Part shown: positions 1 to 8,719 of the stretch, one piece after another | How positions within the stretch are numbered: position 1 is the stretch's first letter | How the letters are laid out: each line of letters opens with the position of its first letter | From: Pseudomonadota bacterium | GTDB taxonomy: Bacteria; Bdellovibrionota; FAC87; UBA2466 | DNA: 23,276 nt | NCBI GenBank assembly: GCA_043767805.1 | Contig: JAYUGC010000163.1 | Coordinates: 1-23,276, forward strand | Direction of reading: 5' to 3' | The notes under the pieces: generated by a model | Told to the model about the DNA's origin: nothing | The model's database searches: none | What the model saw: the letters and a program-made list of their open reading frames with translations, nothing else | Position numbers and translations under genes: made by a program

Positions 1-150
1 GCGCTTCCTGTTCGTCGAGCCAGCCCTTTGCCTGCGGCTTCCTTCAGATTCCACCTCGCGGTGGACACCCTTGCCGTCCAGCTAACGGTTCCCCTGACCA
101 AGTCCCTAAGAGACTTTCACTCTCAAGTGGCTGCGCCCTGCCGGGCGCAC
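1..150 (-). mobile_element. Group II intron, class IIC, 5' end (domain I); continues beyond the left window edge
   Basis: Minus strand from 150 reads GTGCGCCCGGCAGGGCGCAGCC...GAGAGTGAAAGTCTC...GTTAGC...GCAAGGGTGTCCACCGCGAGGTGGAATCTGAAGGAAGC...GGCAAA. This is the GUGYG 5' splice site followed by the domain I motifs typical of bacterial class C introns. It begins one base after the U-tract of an intrinsic terminator, the known IIC target. Confidence 0.9.
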
Positions 151-151
151 C

Positions 152-185
152 AAAAAAAAGCCGGGAAGAGTTGCCTCTCCCCGGC
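152..185 (-). terminator. Rho-independent terminator of the 209..670 gene; intron target site
   Basis: Minus strand GCCGGGGAGAG-GCAA-CTCTTCCCGGC-TTTTTTTT: 11-bp stem (one G-U), GNRA loop, U8 tail. Confidence 0.88.
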
Positions 186-208
186 CTTCTTAAGACGTTA
201 AGAACCGA

Positions 209-670
209 CTAGTGACGGGTCTTGTGCATCGCCCCCTGCCAGGTGACGGTGTACTGAGTCGACGTCTCCGAGCCAAGACGAGAAATCTGGCCGTGACGGA
301 AGGTGAAGGTCTCTTCGGCCTTGCTGCCGTTCTTGGTGAACTCGACGTGGCATTGGTCGTTCAAGCAATAGCCCGTGCCCGCGTCGGTGCCGCGAACGGA
401 AGCCGTGAAGAAGCCCTGGCCTTTCCAAACCGCGGTCCATTCGAACGACTCCTTCGTGGATTTGCCGTCTTTGGCGTGGATGACGAGGGTCTCTTTGATC
501 TCCACTTCGGTTTTCTTCTGAACCGCGACGGTGCGGCTCTCGTACTTGCCGGTATCGCCATTAGGCATCTTCCAGATGCCCCGGCCAATGAAAGTTCCCG
601 ACGGAACGAAGAAGGCGCCAAAAGAGCTGGCGCTAAGAACCAAAGCCGCGAACATAGATAACAGTTTCAT
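209..670 (-). CDS. Secreted hypothetical protein, beta-strand rich (153 aa)
   Basis: Sec signal peptide ([18 protein letters not shown]), GGGAGG RBS upstream, alternating beta-strand pattern, one Cys pair (GYCLNDQCH), terminator downstream. Confidence 0.8.
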   Translation of the reverse strand: MKLLSMFAALVLSASSFGAFFVPSGTFIGRGIWKMPNGDTGKYESRTVAVQKKTEVEIKETLVIHAKDGKSTKESFEWTAVWKGQGFFTASVRGTDAGTGYCLNDQCHVEFTKNGSKAEETFTFRHGQISRLGSETSTQYTVTWQGAMHKTRH

Positions 671-834
671 TGTCTAAGTACCTCCCAACGGTAAATCAAG
701 TTGCGCTGGTTTTAGAGAACGGCGTCGGGAGCGGCAATCCAAAAGAAACTTACTTTATGACGCGTCCAGACGAGACTCGGCCCGAAATGAACCGTTTGCG
801 GGGCGCCTTACCTGGCGCTCCCCGCAGGCCCAGG

Positions 835-840
835 TATAAT
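835..840 (+). promoter_or_regulatory. Sigma70-type -10 element (TATAAT) 7 nt before the ATG at 848; probable leaderless transcript
   Basis: Perfect TATAAT in a GC-rich context; no spaced Shine-Dalgarno between it and the start codon. Confidence 0.45.
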
Positions 841-847
841 TATCGGG

Positions 848-2584
848 ATGCGCTTTCCCTACATTTTCATGGGTTTCTTGCTGGCTATCACCGCTTTGGA
901 TGCACGGGCTCTCACCGTGAACCGGCTAAACGGAGGCGGCAATGTCATCTACATTGATTTCAGCCTCGCCGGCGCTTCGGTGCCGCTCGAACTGGTGAGG
1001 ACCTATAACTCGATCACCGCGGTCAGCGAAGGCAACGGCTGGGACGGCGCTTTCGGCTGGGGCTGGACGACGCCCTTCGAGACGACGCTCACCACGACGC
1101 CCGATCGCCACGTGCTTCTTCGGGACGGCACCACCGGCAACACGGTCACCTTCCGCCCGAACAAGGAAAAGCCGGGCGACAAGAAACAGTTTTTCACGTC
1201 GATAAAACGCGCTTACTTCGAGCGCCAAAAGGGCAAGAAGCTCACCGACGCCGAGCTCGCCAAGATGCAGATGCCCGAGCCCATGCAGCTGAAATTGAAA
1301 TCGGATCCGGCGTATCGCAAGGAGCTCGCCAACAAGTTCAATCTCCAGGGTGAAGTGCCCAACGACGAGCTGCTTACCTCGTCGGAGTTCGGCTTCGAGA
1401 CCATTCAATTCAAGAACAATCAGTGGATGCGCGAGAAGGCCGGTGTCACTCAGCTCTTCGACAAAGACGGACGCCTGGTCAAGCAAATCGACAAGAACGG
1501 TTATTTCTTCGAGTACAAGTACAACCCGAAGCAGCCGCAGCAGCTCGCCTCGATTACGTCCCAGGATCAAACGCTCAGTCTTAAGTTCCGCTGGAGCGAG
1601 AACCACATCGCGGAAATCACGGACAACCAGGCCCGGCGCGCGACCTACGCTTACGACAAGAGCGGCAATCTCTCGAAGGTCACCGATTCGACGAATCAGT
1701 CGTTCGTTTACAAGTACGAGAACAAGGGCCTGCCGCATCTCTTGACCCAAATCGACTATCCGAACGAAGCGGATCCCAAGAACAGCACGTTCCGCGAAAT
1801 GCGCTACGACAAGACGGGCCTAGTCATCTTCCACAAAGACCGGGACGGCAGCGAGACGAGCTACACGTACGGCAAAGGCTCGAGCGATCCGGAGAACAAT
1901 TTCTGGACCAAATCGGTGAAGAAAGCCGTCAATGGGCCGGCCGACGAGCAGTATGACGAGTACTTCCTGAAGCTTCGTCCCGACGGCACCAAGTATCTCT
2001 ACAAACAGATCAACCGGCAGAATGCCGTCGAGACCGTCACCGTCTTTACCGCGTGCTGCGGAAAGCCCCAGCAGATCATCGCCAACGGCAAGGTGACCAA
2101 CTTCAAGTACTACGGCGACGGCATGCTGATGGAAAAGTCGGGGCCGAACGAAGAGCTGAAGCTCGAGTACGATCCGCGCTGGAAGAAAGTGACCAAAGTC
2201 GTTCAGAACGATTTCACGTCGGAATACACCTACGACAACCGGGGCAATCTGGTGAAGGCTTCCAATAGCCGGAGCGAGAAAGTCGCGCTGACCTACGACA
2301 AGCAAGGCCGGATCGCGCAGATGATCGACGGCCAGGCCCGGGTGATCAATTTCAAGTACGGCACGAACGGCAAGCCCGTACAGATTTCCCAAAAGGGCGT
2401 CGGCACCATCAAGCTGTCTTACGATGGCGGTGGCCAGATTCTCCGCACGGAGACTTCGGGCGCCGAAGAGGGCCGTAAGCCCTCGCAAGCGAAGTCCCAG
2501 GAAATCATCCAGCGCGTGATGAAGGGCTTCCAGCATCTTCTCGACATCATCCGTCCGGCGGGCGTCAGCTTCGCCGCCATCTGA
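848..2584 (+). CDS. Secreted YD/RHS-repeat protein with N-terminal DUF6531-like domain, no C-terminal toxin; Bd0109-like
   Basis: Signal peptide; LELVRTYNS...FGWGWTTPFE (RHS N-terminal motif); many YD repeats (YAYDKSGNL, YTYDNRGNL, LTYDKQGRI). No PxxxxDPxG core. The C-terminus FQHLLDIIRPA resembles, from memory, that of Bdellovibrio Bd0109. Confidence 0.85.
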   Translation: MRFPYIFMGFLLAITALDARALTVNRLNGGGNVIYIDFSLAGASVPLELVRTYNSITAVSEGNGWDGAFGWGWTTPFETTLTTTPDRHVLLRDGTTGNTVTFRPNKEKPGDKKQFFTSIKRAYFERQKGKKLTDAELAKMQMPEPMQLKLKSDPAYRKELANKFNLQGEVPNDELLTSSEFGFETIQFKNNQWMREKAGVTQLFDKDGRLVKQIDKNGYFFEYKYNPKQPQQLASITSQDQTLSLKFRWSENHIAEITDNQARRATYAYDKSGNLSKVTDSTNQSFVYKYENKGLPHLLTQIDYPNEADPKNSTFREMRYDKTGLVIFHKDRDGSETSYTYGKGSSDPENNFWTKSVKKAVNGPADEQYDEYFLKLRPDGTKYLYKQINRQNAVETVTVFTACCGKPQQIIANGKVTNFKYYGDGMLMEKSGPNEELKLEYDPRWKKVTKVVQNDFTSEYTYDNRGNLVKASNSRSEKVALTYDKQGRIAQMIDGQARVINFKYGTNGKPVQISQKGVGTIKLSYDGGGQILRTETSGAEEGRKPSQAKSQEIIQRVMKGFQHLLDIIRPAGVSFAAI

Positions 2585-2592
2585 GGTTAGCC

Positions 2593-2919
2593 ATGAATCC
2601 GAAAGACACGCGCAATAAGTTTATGAAGCACGTCAAAGACGTGAAGGACCAAGCCCAGAAGCTAGGCAAGGAAGCGGCGCAAACCGCGGGCACGGTGAAA
2701 GGCGCCGTGAAAGCGGGCGTCGAAGCGTCGAGGTGCGCCGTCGAAAAAGCGGTCAACAAAGAGACGCTTTCCAAAGGCCTCGGCGTGACCGCGAAAGGGG
2801 CGAAGGTCGTCGCGGATACCGCGCGCCTCGCTTCCAAAGGCGTCGACGCAATCGCCAAGACCATGGACGAAGCTTCCAAAAAGGTGGGCCAGTTCAATGA
2901 CAAGATCAAAAAGAAATAG
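2593..2919 (+). CDS. Small Lys/Ala-rich amphipathic helical protein (LEA-like), hypothetical
   Basis: GAGG RBS, starts 8 nt after the upstream stop, K/A/V/G-rich composition with recurring KGxxxxAK-type segments, no signal peptide. Confidence 0.75.
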   Translation: MNPKDTRNKFMKHVKDVKDQAQKLGKEAAQTAGTVKGAVKAGVEASRCAVEKAVNKETLSKGLGVTAKGAKVVADTARLASKGVDAIAKTMDEASKKVGQFNDKIKKK

Positions 2920-3787
2920 CCGGCACCGCTCGAGCGCCCATCTCAGCCTCTTTCCAGCCTTGGCAGTAGTGCTTCTCATTCTCTGCGTAAGCGCGCGCGC
3001 CGAAGATCAGTACGGCCCGCAGCCTAAGCCCCCGAAAGTAAGCGCCGCCGCGACCGCACCCGATCCGGCGCCGCAACTCCGGCTCGTCGAGATTTTCTCC
3101 GTCGAGCAAAACCCGGGCGCGGGCACGCTCGAGTATCAATCCGGTAAAGACGCGCCTGAGAAAATCGTGTTCGGCGCCGGCAGCGGCATTTACGCGCTCG
3201 CCATGGCTTTCAACGGCAACTCGCTTCCCGACCAGTACGGCAAAAATTTCAAGAAGGACACCATCATCCAGATGGCGCTCGGCACGCTGAAATCGAAGCT
3301 CGAAGGCCAGGTGCCGCAGTTCTCGGCCGCGACCCTCATCGGCCCGGGCCTTCCCACTAGCAACGCCCGCTATCCGGTCATCGTCCCGCAAGAAGGTAAG
3401 TCCAATCTGCTGAAGACCATGGCGCTCGTGCTCTTCACGCTTCCGAATACGCCCAACGAGTTAAACGACGAGCAAAAGCTCAGAACCACTTTCTTCGCGC
3501 AGTCCGGCTATCTCGAACTGCAAATGAACGGCGCCGCCAAAGTCGTCGACGTGCAAGCTCAGGGCAAGAACCTGCGCTTCAAGATGTATCCCCTCGAGAT
3601 GGCCGTGAACGTCACGCTCGGCACACCCTTTAGCGCCCAGGCCGCGACTCTCAAGGGCAAGATCCAGTTCCCGCTCTACACCCCTCACGGCAAGCCGGCT
3701 CAAGAGTTCACCCAGCGCATCGCCGGAGAAAGTCTGGAGGGCACCATCAAGCCCGCCGGCCGCGATGTCGCGAGCCCCAGAAAGTAA
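2897..3787 (+). CDS. Secreted hypothetical protein (296 aa; start uncertain)
   Basis: Hydrophobic signal segment ending ARA-ED, Pro-rich linker, host-like codon usage, co-oriented and abutting its neighbours. Confidence 0.75.
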   Translation: MTRSKRNSRHRSSAHLSLFPALAVVLLILCVSARAEDQYGPQPKPPKVSAAATAPDPAPQLRLVEIFSVEQNPGAGTLEYQSGKDAPEKIVFGAGSGIYALAMAFNGNSLPDQYGKNFKKDTIIQMALGTLKSKLEGQVPQFSAATLIGPGLPTSNARYPVIVPQEGKSNLLKTMALVLFTLPNTPNELNDEQKLRTTFFAQSGYLELQMNGAAKVVDVQAQGKNLRFKMYPLEMAVNVTLGTPFSAQAATLKGKIQFPLYTPHGKPAQEFTQRIAGESLEGTIKPAGRDVASPRK

Positions 3788-3793
3788 GCGGGC

Positions 3794-4369
3794 GTGATCC
3801 AGTCGCTCTACAACCTGGACTTAGCCGTACTGAAAGCAGTGAATCAGGGACTCTCCGACTGGCATCTTGATCACCTGGCCCTCTTTCTCTCCTCGACCTG
3901 GCTCTGGGTGCTCGTCTTCTTCATCTTCTTGCTGCGTGGCCTGCGCCAGAAAACGTTTCGTCGCTTTGCTCCGCTGTGCGCGATCTTGGCCGCCCTGGTT
4001 TTGTCGGACCTTCTATGCGCGTACGTCATCAAACCTTGGGTGGGACGGGAACGCCCTTGCGTCTCCGAGCATGACAACGTTCGCATCGTCGTCGAGCAGT
4101 GCGGGGGACGTCTTGGTTTTCCCTCGAATCACGCCGCTAACGGCATGGCGATGACGGTCGTCGCGTGGCTGCTCATCGATGCTTCGTCGGGAATCGCGCT
4201 GCTCGCTTTTACGCTTCTCGTAGGCCTATCTCGGGTCTATCTCGCCGTTCATTTTCCGTCCGATGTGCTGGGTGGATTCGTCATTGGGGGACTCGTCGGA
4301 TGGGGCGTGGGGCTCGGCGTCTGCTTCCTTCGAAGCAAGCGGCGGCTCACTCAGCCCGGTCCCCGATAG
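3794..4369 (+). CDS. PAP2-family membrane phosphatase (undecaprenyl-PP / lipid phosphatase-like)
   Basis: All three PAP2 motifs present: KPWVGRERP, FPSNHA, SRVYLAVHFPSDV; multiple TM helices; GTG start. Confidence 0.9.
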   Translation: MIQSLYNLDLAVLKAVNQGLSDWHLDHLALFLSSTWLWVLVFFIFLLRGLRQKTFRRFAPLCAILAALVLSDLLCAYVIKPWVGRERPCVSEHDNVRIVVEQCGGRLGFPSNHAANGMAMTVVAWLLIDASSGIALLAFTLLVGLSRVYLAVHFPSDVLGGFVIGGLVGWGVGLGVCFLRSKRRLTQPGPR

Positions 4370-6273
4370 CGAAAGATGCGCTTATCGGCGTAACTAAAGA
4401 GCAGCTCGAAGCTCAAGGCATTGTCCTTGAAGTAAGGCATGTCGCCCTCGACGAGAAAATAGCTCACTCCGAGCCGTCTAAAGACCTCGTGCTTGGGATC
4501 GAGATGAATGAAGAGGATCGCCGGCGGCGTCAGCTCGAACTTCACCGTGGGTCCCGCACTCACTCGCCATTCCGTTTGTACGTAGCGGTTGTACTTAAAA
4601 GCTTCCCTCCCTTCGGGGTCGAGCGCCCTCCACAAATCGAACTGGGGATAAAAGTAGAGCCCGGAAATCGATTTTAATCCCAGTACCCGCGGAAGATTGC
4701 CAAGCTGCTGTCCCCCGAGGACCAACCAGCGGCCTTCCGGATCCTTACCTCCGATTTCGGTCATGACTTTCGACAAAGTATTTTGCGTAAGGAACTCGGC
4801 GCCCCCGCGCACTACGGGATTGAACGAAACGGTCAAGGCGAGAGAGACGAGGAGAAAACCACCCGCGGCAAAACGATGACGAAAGAAAATCAGAACGCTC
4901 ACCGCCCCTACTACGAGCGCCGAGAGACTAACCGTATAGAGCGGTACCGTGGGGATTTTGAGATGAAGGGAGTATCCCGCGAAGCCCAAGAAACCGAGCC
5001 ACCCCGCAAGCAAGGTACGCTCGAGCCATCGGGGCGCGTTTCCCCGAAACAAGTTGGACAGGTAAATGACGACGAGAACCGCGTTCAAAACCCCCAAAGC
5101 GATCACGCTCCGGTGTGAGGGAGAGAGCTTCAGTAGCGTCAACGCCGGCAGCGGATCGGCAAAGCCCACGAACATCCATAAGAGCAGAAGCCCAAACGCG
5201 GCCGCGAGCGGCGACAGAGCGACCAATCGGCGGGGCTTCGCCGCGATGAGCGCCAAGCCACATAAGGGAAAGAAAAAGAGGAAAGAAGCCGCCTCGCAAA
5301 TATTGCCGAGAACCGCATACACCCCGGGCTGGTGGAAAAAATCGACGAAGTTACTGAAGAAGAAAACCCAGTTCTGTCCACCGCCGTTTTCGTGCCGAAG
5401 GCCTGGGTAAGCTGTGCTTCGCAGGATTTCCAAAGGCCCCTTCACCCTCAGATAAAAGACGGCGACCGTCGCCGCAATGCAAACCGCCGTGCCGAGCAAA
5501 AGACCCAAGCGTTTCGAGAGATCTTGGGGCACTCCGTTTTTTTGAAAGTCGATCCAGGTCAGTGTAGCGACGAGGGCGAGCGCCACGTAAATCAGCGGCA
5601 CCTGAAAGGCCGGATAAAACCCGCAAGCAAACCAGCTTCCCGTCCACCAGAGCGCAAGCGACTCTTTCCACCGCAACCCCGCGCGCCGCGAAGTCAGCAA
5701 ATGAGTCGCGAGCAAAACGGAGAAGGCCATGGAGGCGAGAATCTCCGCGGAGTTCAGCGACCAGAACTGATTGAAGGGGGCAAAAAGAAAAGCGAGCGCG
5801 CTCAAAAGCGAGAGCGAGAACTGATTTTCGGAGAACGCGAGAAACAGCAGAAAGAAAGCGTAGAAAAGCCCGAAGACGCGAAACCACCAGGCCCAAGCCA
5901 TTCCCGCGTCGGGGCCGAGAAAAAATCCCCAGGTCCCCGGCCGAAAAAGCCCGAAGAAGTCCGCTACCGGCGCTTGAGGATAGACCAACATGTTCTGGCC
6001 GAACCCGATGTTACCGTTCACTACCGGAAATTTCGGCGTGTGCGCGCCTTGAGCGAGAATCGTCGGAAGGCTCATCGACCACTCGTCTCCGCGGATCCAC
6101 TGGTAGTGGCCCGCGATGAGCTCCGTCGAGGGCGACTTATCGATCACCTCGCGAAAGAGAGGCAGAGAGAAGCCGTGCACCCCGAGACTGACCGCCAAAA
6201 CGAACATCCCGGCGACGAGACCGGCCAAACGCCGGTGCCTTGGGTCCGCGGGCCAGAGGGAGTGGAGATTCAT
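4351..6273 (-). CDS. Polytopic membrane protein, GT-C-fold glycosyltransferase-like (DUF7657-like)
   Basis: About 13 hydrophobic segments; acidic IRGDEW motif in the first extracytoplasmic loop; YPAFQVP and TAYPG motifs; soluble C-terminal domain. Start moved to ATG 6273 (MNLHSLW), which follows TTGTAG-N17-TATAAA. Confidence 0.72.
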   Translation of the reverse strand: MNLHSLWPADPRHRRLAGLVAGMFVLAVSLGVHGFSLPLFREVIDKSPSTELIAGHYQWIRGDEWSMSLPTILAQGAHTPKFPVVNGNIGFGQNMLVYPQAPVADFFGLFRPGTWGFFLGPDAGMAWAWWFRVFGLFYAFFLLFLAFSENQFSLSLLSALAFLFAPFNQFWSLNSAEILASMAFSVLLATHLLTSRRAGLRWKESLALWWTGSWFACGFYPAFQVPLIYVALALVATLTWIDFQKNGVPQDLSKRLGLLLGTAVCIAATVAVFYLRVKGPLEILRSTAYPGLRHENGGGQNWVFFFSNFVDFFHQPGVYAVLGNICEAASFLFFFPLCGLALIAAKPRRLVALSPLAAAFGLLLLWMFVGFADPLPALTLLKLSPSHRSVIALGVLNAVLVVIYLSNLFRGNAPRWLERTLLAGWLGFLGFAGYSLHLKIPTVPLYTVSLSALVVGAVSVLIFFRHRFAAGGFLLVSLALTVSFNPVVRGGAEFLTQNTLSKVMTEIGGKDPEGRWLVLGGQQLGNLPRVLGLKSISGLYFYPQFDLWRALDPEGREAFKYNRYVQTEWRVSAGPTVKFELTPPAILFIHLDPKHEVFRRLGVSYFLVEGDMPYFKDNALSFELLFSYADKRIFRYRGPG

Positions 6274-6423
6274 GGAAGGTCGTTTATAGCTTTGGTCCGG
6301 CCCATCTACAATCCGGGGTATGGGGCGGTCTCGAGCCACGCAGCGCGTAAACAGCTGAATTACCGGATCTTTTTCCTGATCCTTCGGGGTACCTTTCCGA
6401 GTCACTAAAGCCCGGAAATCTCC

Positions 6424-6452
6424 TTGAAATGATTACGGCTTTTGCATAAAGT
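6424..6452 (+). promoter_or_regulatory. Sigma70-type promoter for the prs operon
   Basis: TTGAAA-N17-TAAAGT ending 9 nt before the prs ATG. Confidence 0.5.
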
Positions 6453-6461
6453 GGCCGACTT

Positions 6462-7415
6462 ATGAATCCCGGGGACGGCTACAAACTCTTCACCTGCACG
6501 GCCCACGTCGCGCTGGCGAAAGAGATTTCTGACAACCTCGGCACTCCTTTGAGTAAAGCCGAGGTCCGCCGTTTCTCCGACGGCGAGATTTTCATCGAGA
6601 TTCAGGAAAGCGTTCGCGGCATCGACACCTACGTCGTGCAGCCCACCTGTCATCCGGTGAACGACTCGTTGATGGAACTGCTCATCATGGTGGACGCGCT
6701 CCGCCGCTCTTCGGCGGCCTCCATCACGGCCATCATTCCCTATTACGGATACGGCCGCCAGGATCGCAAAGTGCAGTCCCGCGTTCCGATTACCGCGAAA
6801 CTCGTCGCGGATCTTCTGACGGCGGCAGGCGTTACCCGCGTCATCTCCATCGATCTCCACGCCGGCCAGATTCAGGGCTTTTTCAATATTCCTTTCGACC
6901 ATCTTTTCGCGAAACCCGTCATCACGGAACACATCCGCAAGAACTATAACCTCGAGCAGCTCGTGGTCGTTTCTCCGGATGCCGGCGGCGTGGAGCGCGC
7001 GCGGGCTTACGCAAAACGGCTCGGCGGCGCATCGCTTGCCATCATCGACAAACGCCGCTTGAAGCCCAATGAAGCTCAGGCCATGCACCTCATCGGCGAA
7101 GTCGAGGGCAAGGACGCCATCATCATTGACGACATGATCGATACGGCCGGCACTTTGATTCAGTCAGTTCAGGCCTTGAAAGATCACGGAGCCCGCCAGG
7201 TGAGCGCGGCTTGCACTCACGCCGTATTTTCGGGCGCCGCTTTCGAGCGCATCCGCGACTCGTCGCTCAAAGAAGTGATCTGCACGAACACGATTCCGCT
7301 TTCGCCCGCTTTTGCAAAATTGGAGAAGGTGACGCGCCTTTCGGTGGCGCCGATCCTGGCTGAGACCATCCGGCGCATTCATCATCGCGAATCGGTCAGC
7401 TCTTTGTTTGATTAA
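6462..7415 (+). CDS. prs: Ribose-phosphate pyrophosphokinase
   Basis: [51 protein letters not shown] motifs. Confidence 0.98.
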   Translation: MNPGDGYKLFTCTAHVALAKEISDNLGTPLSKAEVRRFSDGEIFIEIQESVRGIDTYVVQPTCHPVNDSLMELLIMVDALRRSSAASITAIIPYYGYGRQDRKVQSRVPITAKLVADLLTAAGVTRVISIDLHAGQIQGFFNIPFDHLFAKPVITEHIRKNYNLEQLVVVSPDAGGVERARAYAKRLGGASLAIIDKRRLKPNEAQAMHLIGEVEGKDAIIIDDMIDTAGTLIQSVQALKDHGARQVSAACTHAVFSGAAFERIRDSSLKEVICTNTIPLSPAFAKLEKVTRLSVAPILAETIRRIHHRESVSSLFD

Positions 7416-7441
7416 CCGAGATTTATTGATAGAGGAAACAC

Positions 7442-8140
7442 ATGGAACAGCAAACCCTGACCGTAGAATCCAGAAACGTTAAAGGCAAAGGCGCTTGCCG
7501 TAAGATCCGCGCGCTGGGTAAAGTCCCTGCGGTGCTTTACGGCGCCGGCAAAAGTTTCGACCTCATGATGGACCCGAAAGCGGTCACCAACATGCTGCTC
7601 AGCCCGGACGGAAAGTCCAGCCTCTTTAGCCTCAAGGGTGAAGGCATGGAAGGCAAACGCGCGCTGATCAAGGATTGGCAGGTTGACCCGGTCAGCCGCC
7701 GCCTGGTGCACGTCGACCTCTACGAAATTGACCCGAAGAAGAAGCTTCTCGTGACCGTGAAGTTGAACTACGTCGGTAAAGCCATCGGCGTCGCCGACGG
7801 CGGCGTACTCAACTTCGTCGCTCGCGACCTGGAAGTCCGCTGCTTCCCCGACAAGATTCCCGCGCATATCGACGTCGACGTCTCCGCCTTGAAGATCGGC
7901 GCTTCGATCCACTTGGACGAAGTGACCCTCCCCGAAGGCGTCGAGGCCGCCGGCCAGAAGAATGCGACCCTCGTCACCGTCGTTCCTCCCACGAAGGAAG
8001 AGGAAGCGGCGCCGGTCCTCACTCAGGCGGCAGAGCCCGAAGTGCTTACCGCGAAGGCCAAAGAAGGCGATGCGGCCGCGGCTCCTGCCGCTGGGGCGAA
8101 GCCGGAAGCGGCTGCCAAGGGCGACAAGGACAAGAAGTAA
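7442..8140 (+). CDS. rplY: 50S ribosomal protein L25 / general stress protein Ctc (long form)
   Basis: GKGACRKIR..GKVPAVLYG, HVDLYEI, TL5-type C-terminal domain and Ala/Glu-rich tail; AGAGG RBS; conserved position between prs and pth. Confidence 0.96.
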   Translation: MEQQTLTVESRNVKGKGACRKIRALGKVPAVLYGAGKSFDLMMDPKAVTNMLLSPDGKSSLFSLKGEGMEGKRALIKDWQVDPVSRRLVHVDLYEIDPKKKLLVTVKLNYVGKAIGVADGGVLNFVARDLEVRCFPDKIPAHIDVDVSALKIGASIHLDEVTLPEGVEAAGQKNATLVTVVPPTKEEEAAPVLTQAAEPEVLTAKAKEGDAAAAPAAGAKPEAAAKGDKDKK

Positions 8141-8146
8141 TACGAC

Positions 8147-8719
8147 GTGCCCGAGGCACCTTTCCTTATCGTGGGATTGGGCAATCCGGGCTCGGAGTAT
8201 GCCCAGACCAGGCACAACGTCGGATTTCTCGTCGTGGATGCACTCGCTCGCCGCTGGGGCGGGTCATCCACGAAGAAGTTCAAGGGAGAGCTACTGAGCT
8301 TTCCCGACAGACGGGCGCATTTGCTAAAACCCCAGACGTACATGAACTTGTCCGGGGAGTCCGTGGTGCCGGCCACTCAGTTCTTCAAAGTCCCGCCCGA
8401 GCAGCTCATTGTCGTTTCGGACGACTTGGACTTGCCGGTCGGGCAGCTCCGCCTGAGAAAGTCGGGAGGCGCCGGAGGCCACAACGGACTCAAGTCGATT
8501 ATCCAGCTCTTGGGACTCGACACTTTCCCCCGCTTGAGAATCGGCATCGGCCGGCCGCCGGGGGAGACCACGGGGCATGTCTTGGGTAAGATCGCGAAAG
8601 CGGAGATGGCGCTCTTCGAAGAGGCCATCGTGAAATCAGCGGATTGTCTCGAAGCCATCATGGCCAAGGGAATCGACATTGCGATGAACGAATTCAACCG
8701 TAAAAAGGACGAACCATGA
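8147..8719 (+). CDS. pth: Peptidyl-tRNA hydrolase
   Basis: LIVGLGNPG, TRHNVGF, KPQTYMNLSG, GGHNGLKS, RLRIGIGRP. Confidence 0.98.
   Translation: MPEAPFLIVGLGNPGSEYAQTRHNVGFLVVDALARRWGGSSTKKFKGELLSFPDRRAHLLKPQTYMNLSGESVVPATQFFKVPPEQLIVVSDDLDLPVGQLRLRKSGGAGGHNGLKSIIQLLGLDTFPRLRIGIGRPPGETTGHVLGKIAKAEMALFEEAIVKSADCLEAIMAKGIDIAMNEFNRKKDEP

Noticed and set aside
926..2536. Long minus-strand ORFs opposite the YD gene (likewise 7412..8215, 9800..10765, 12484..13278, 17921..18940)
   Set aside because: Shadow ORFs expected in GC-rich DNA; each overlaps a better-supported gene.
848..2584. Rhs polymorphic toxin with 2593..2919 as immunity protein
   Set aside because: No PxxxxDPxG core or toxin domain; the downstream protein is a low-complexity helix unlike immunity proteins.
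5332..6408. 358-aa plus-strand ORF antisense to the GT-C-like gene
   Set aside because: Charged low-complexity translation is the mirror of Leu/Phe-rich TM codons on the opposite strand; no motifs.
6274..6461. tRNA-Gln often found upstream of prs
   Set aside because: No cloverleaf or T-loop GTTCGA motif visible; the interval is explained by divergent promoters.
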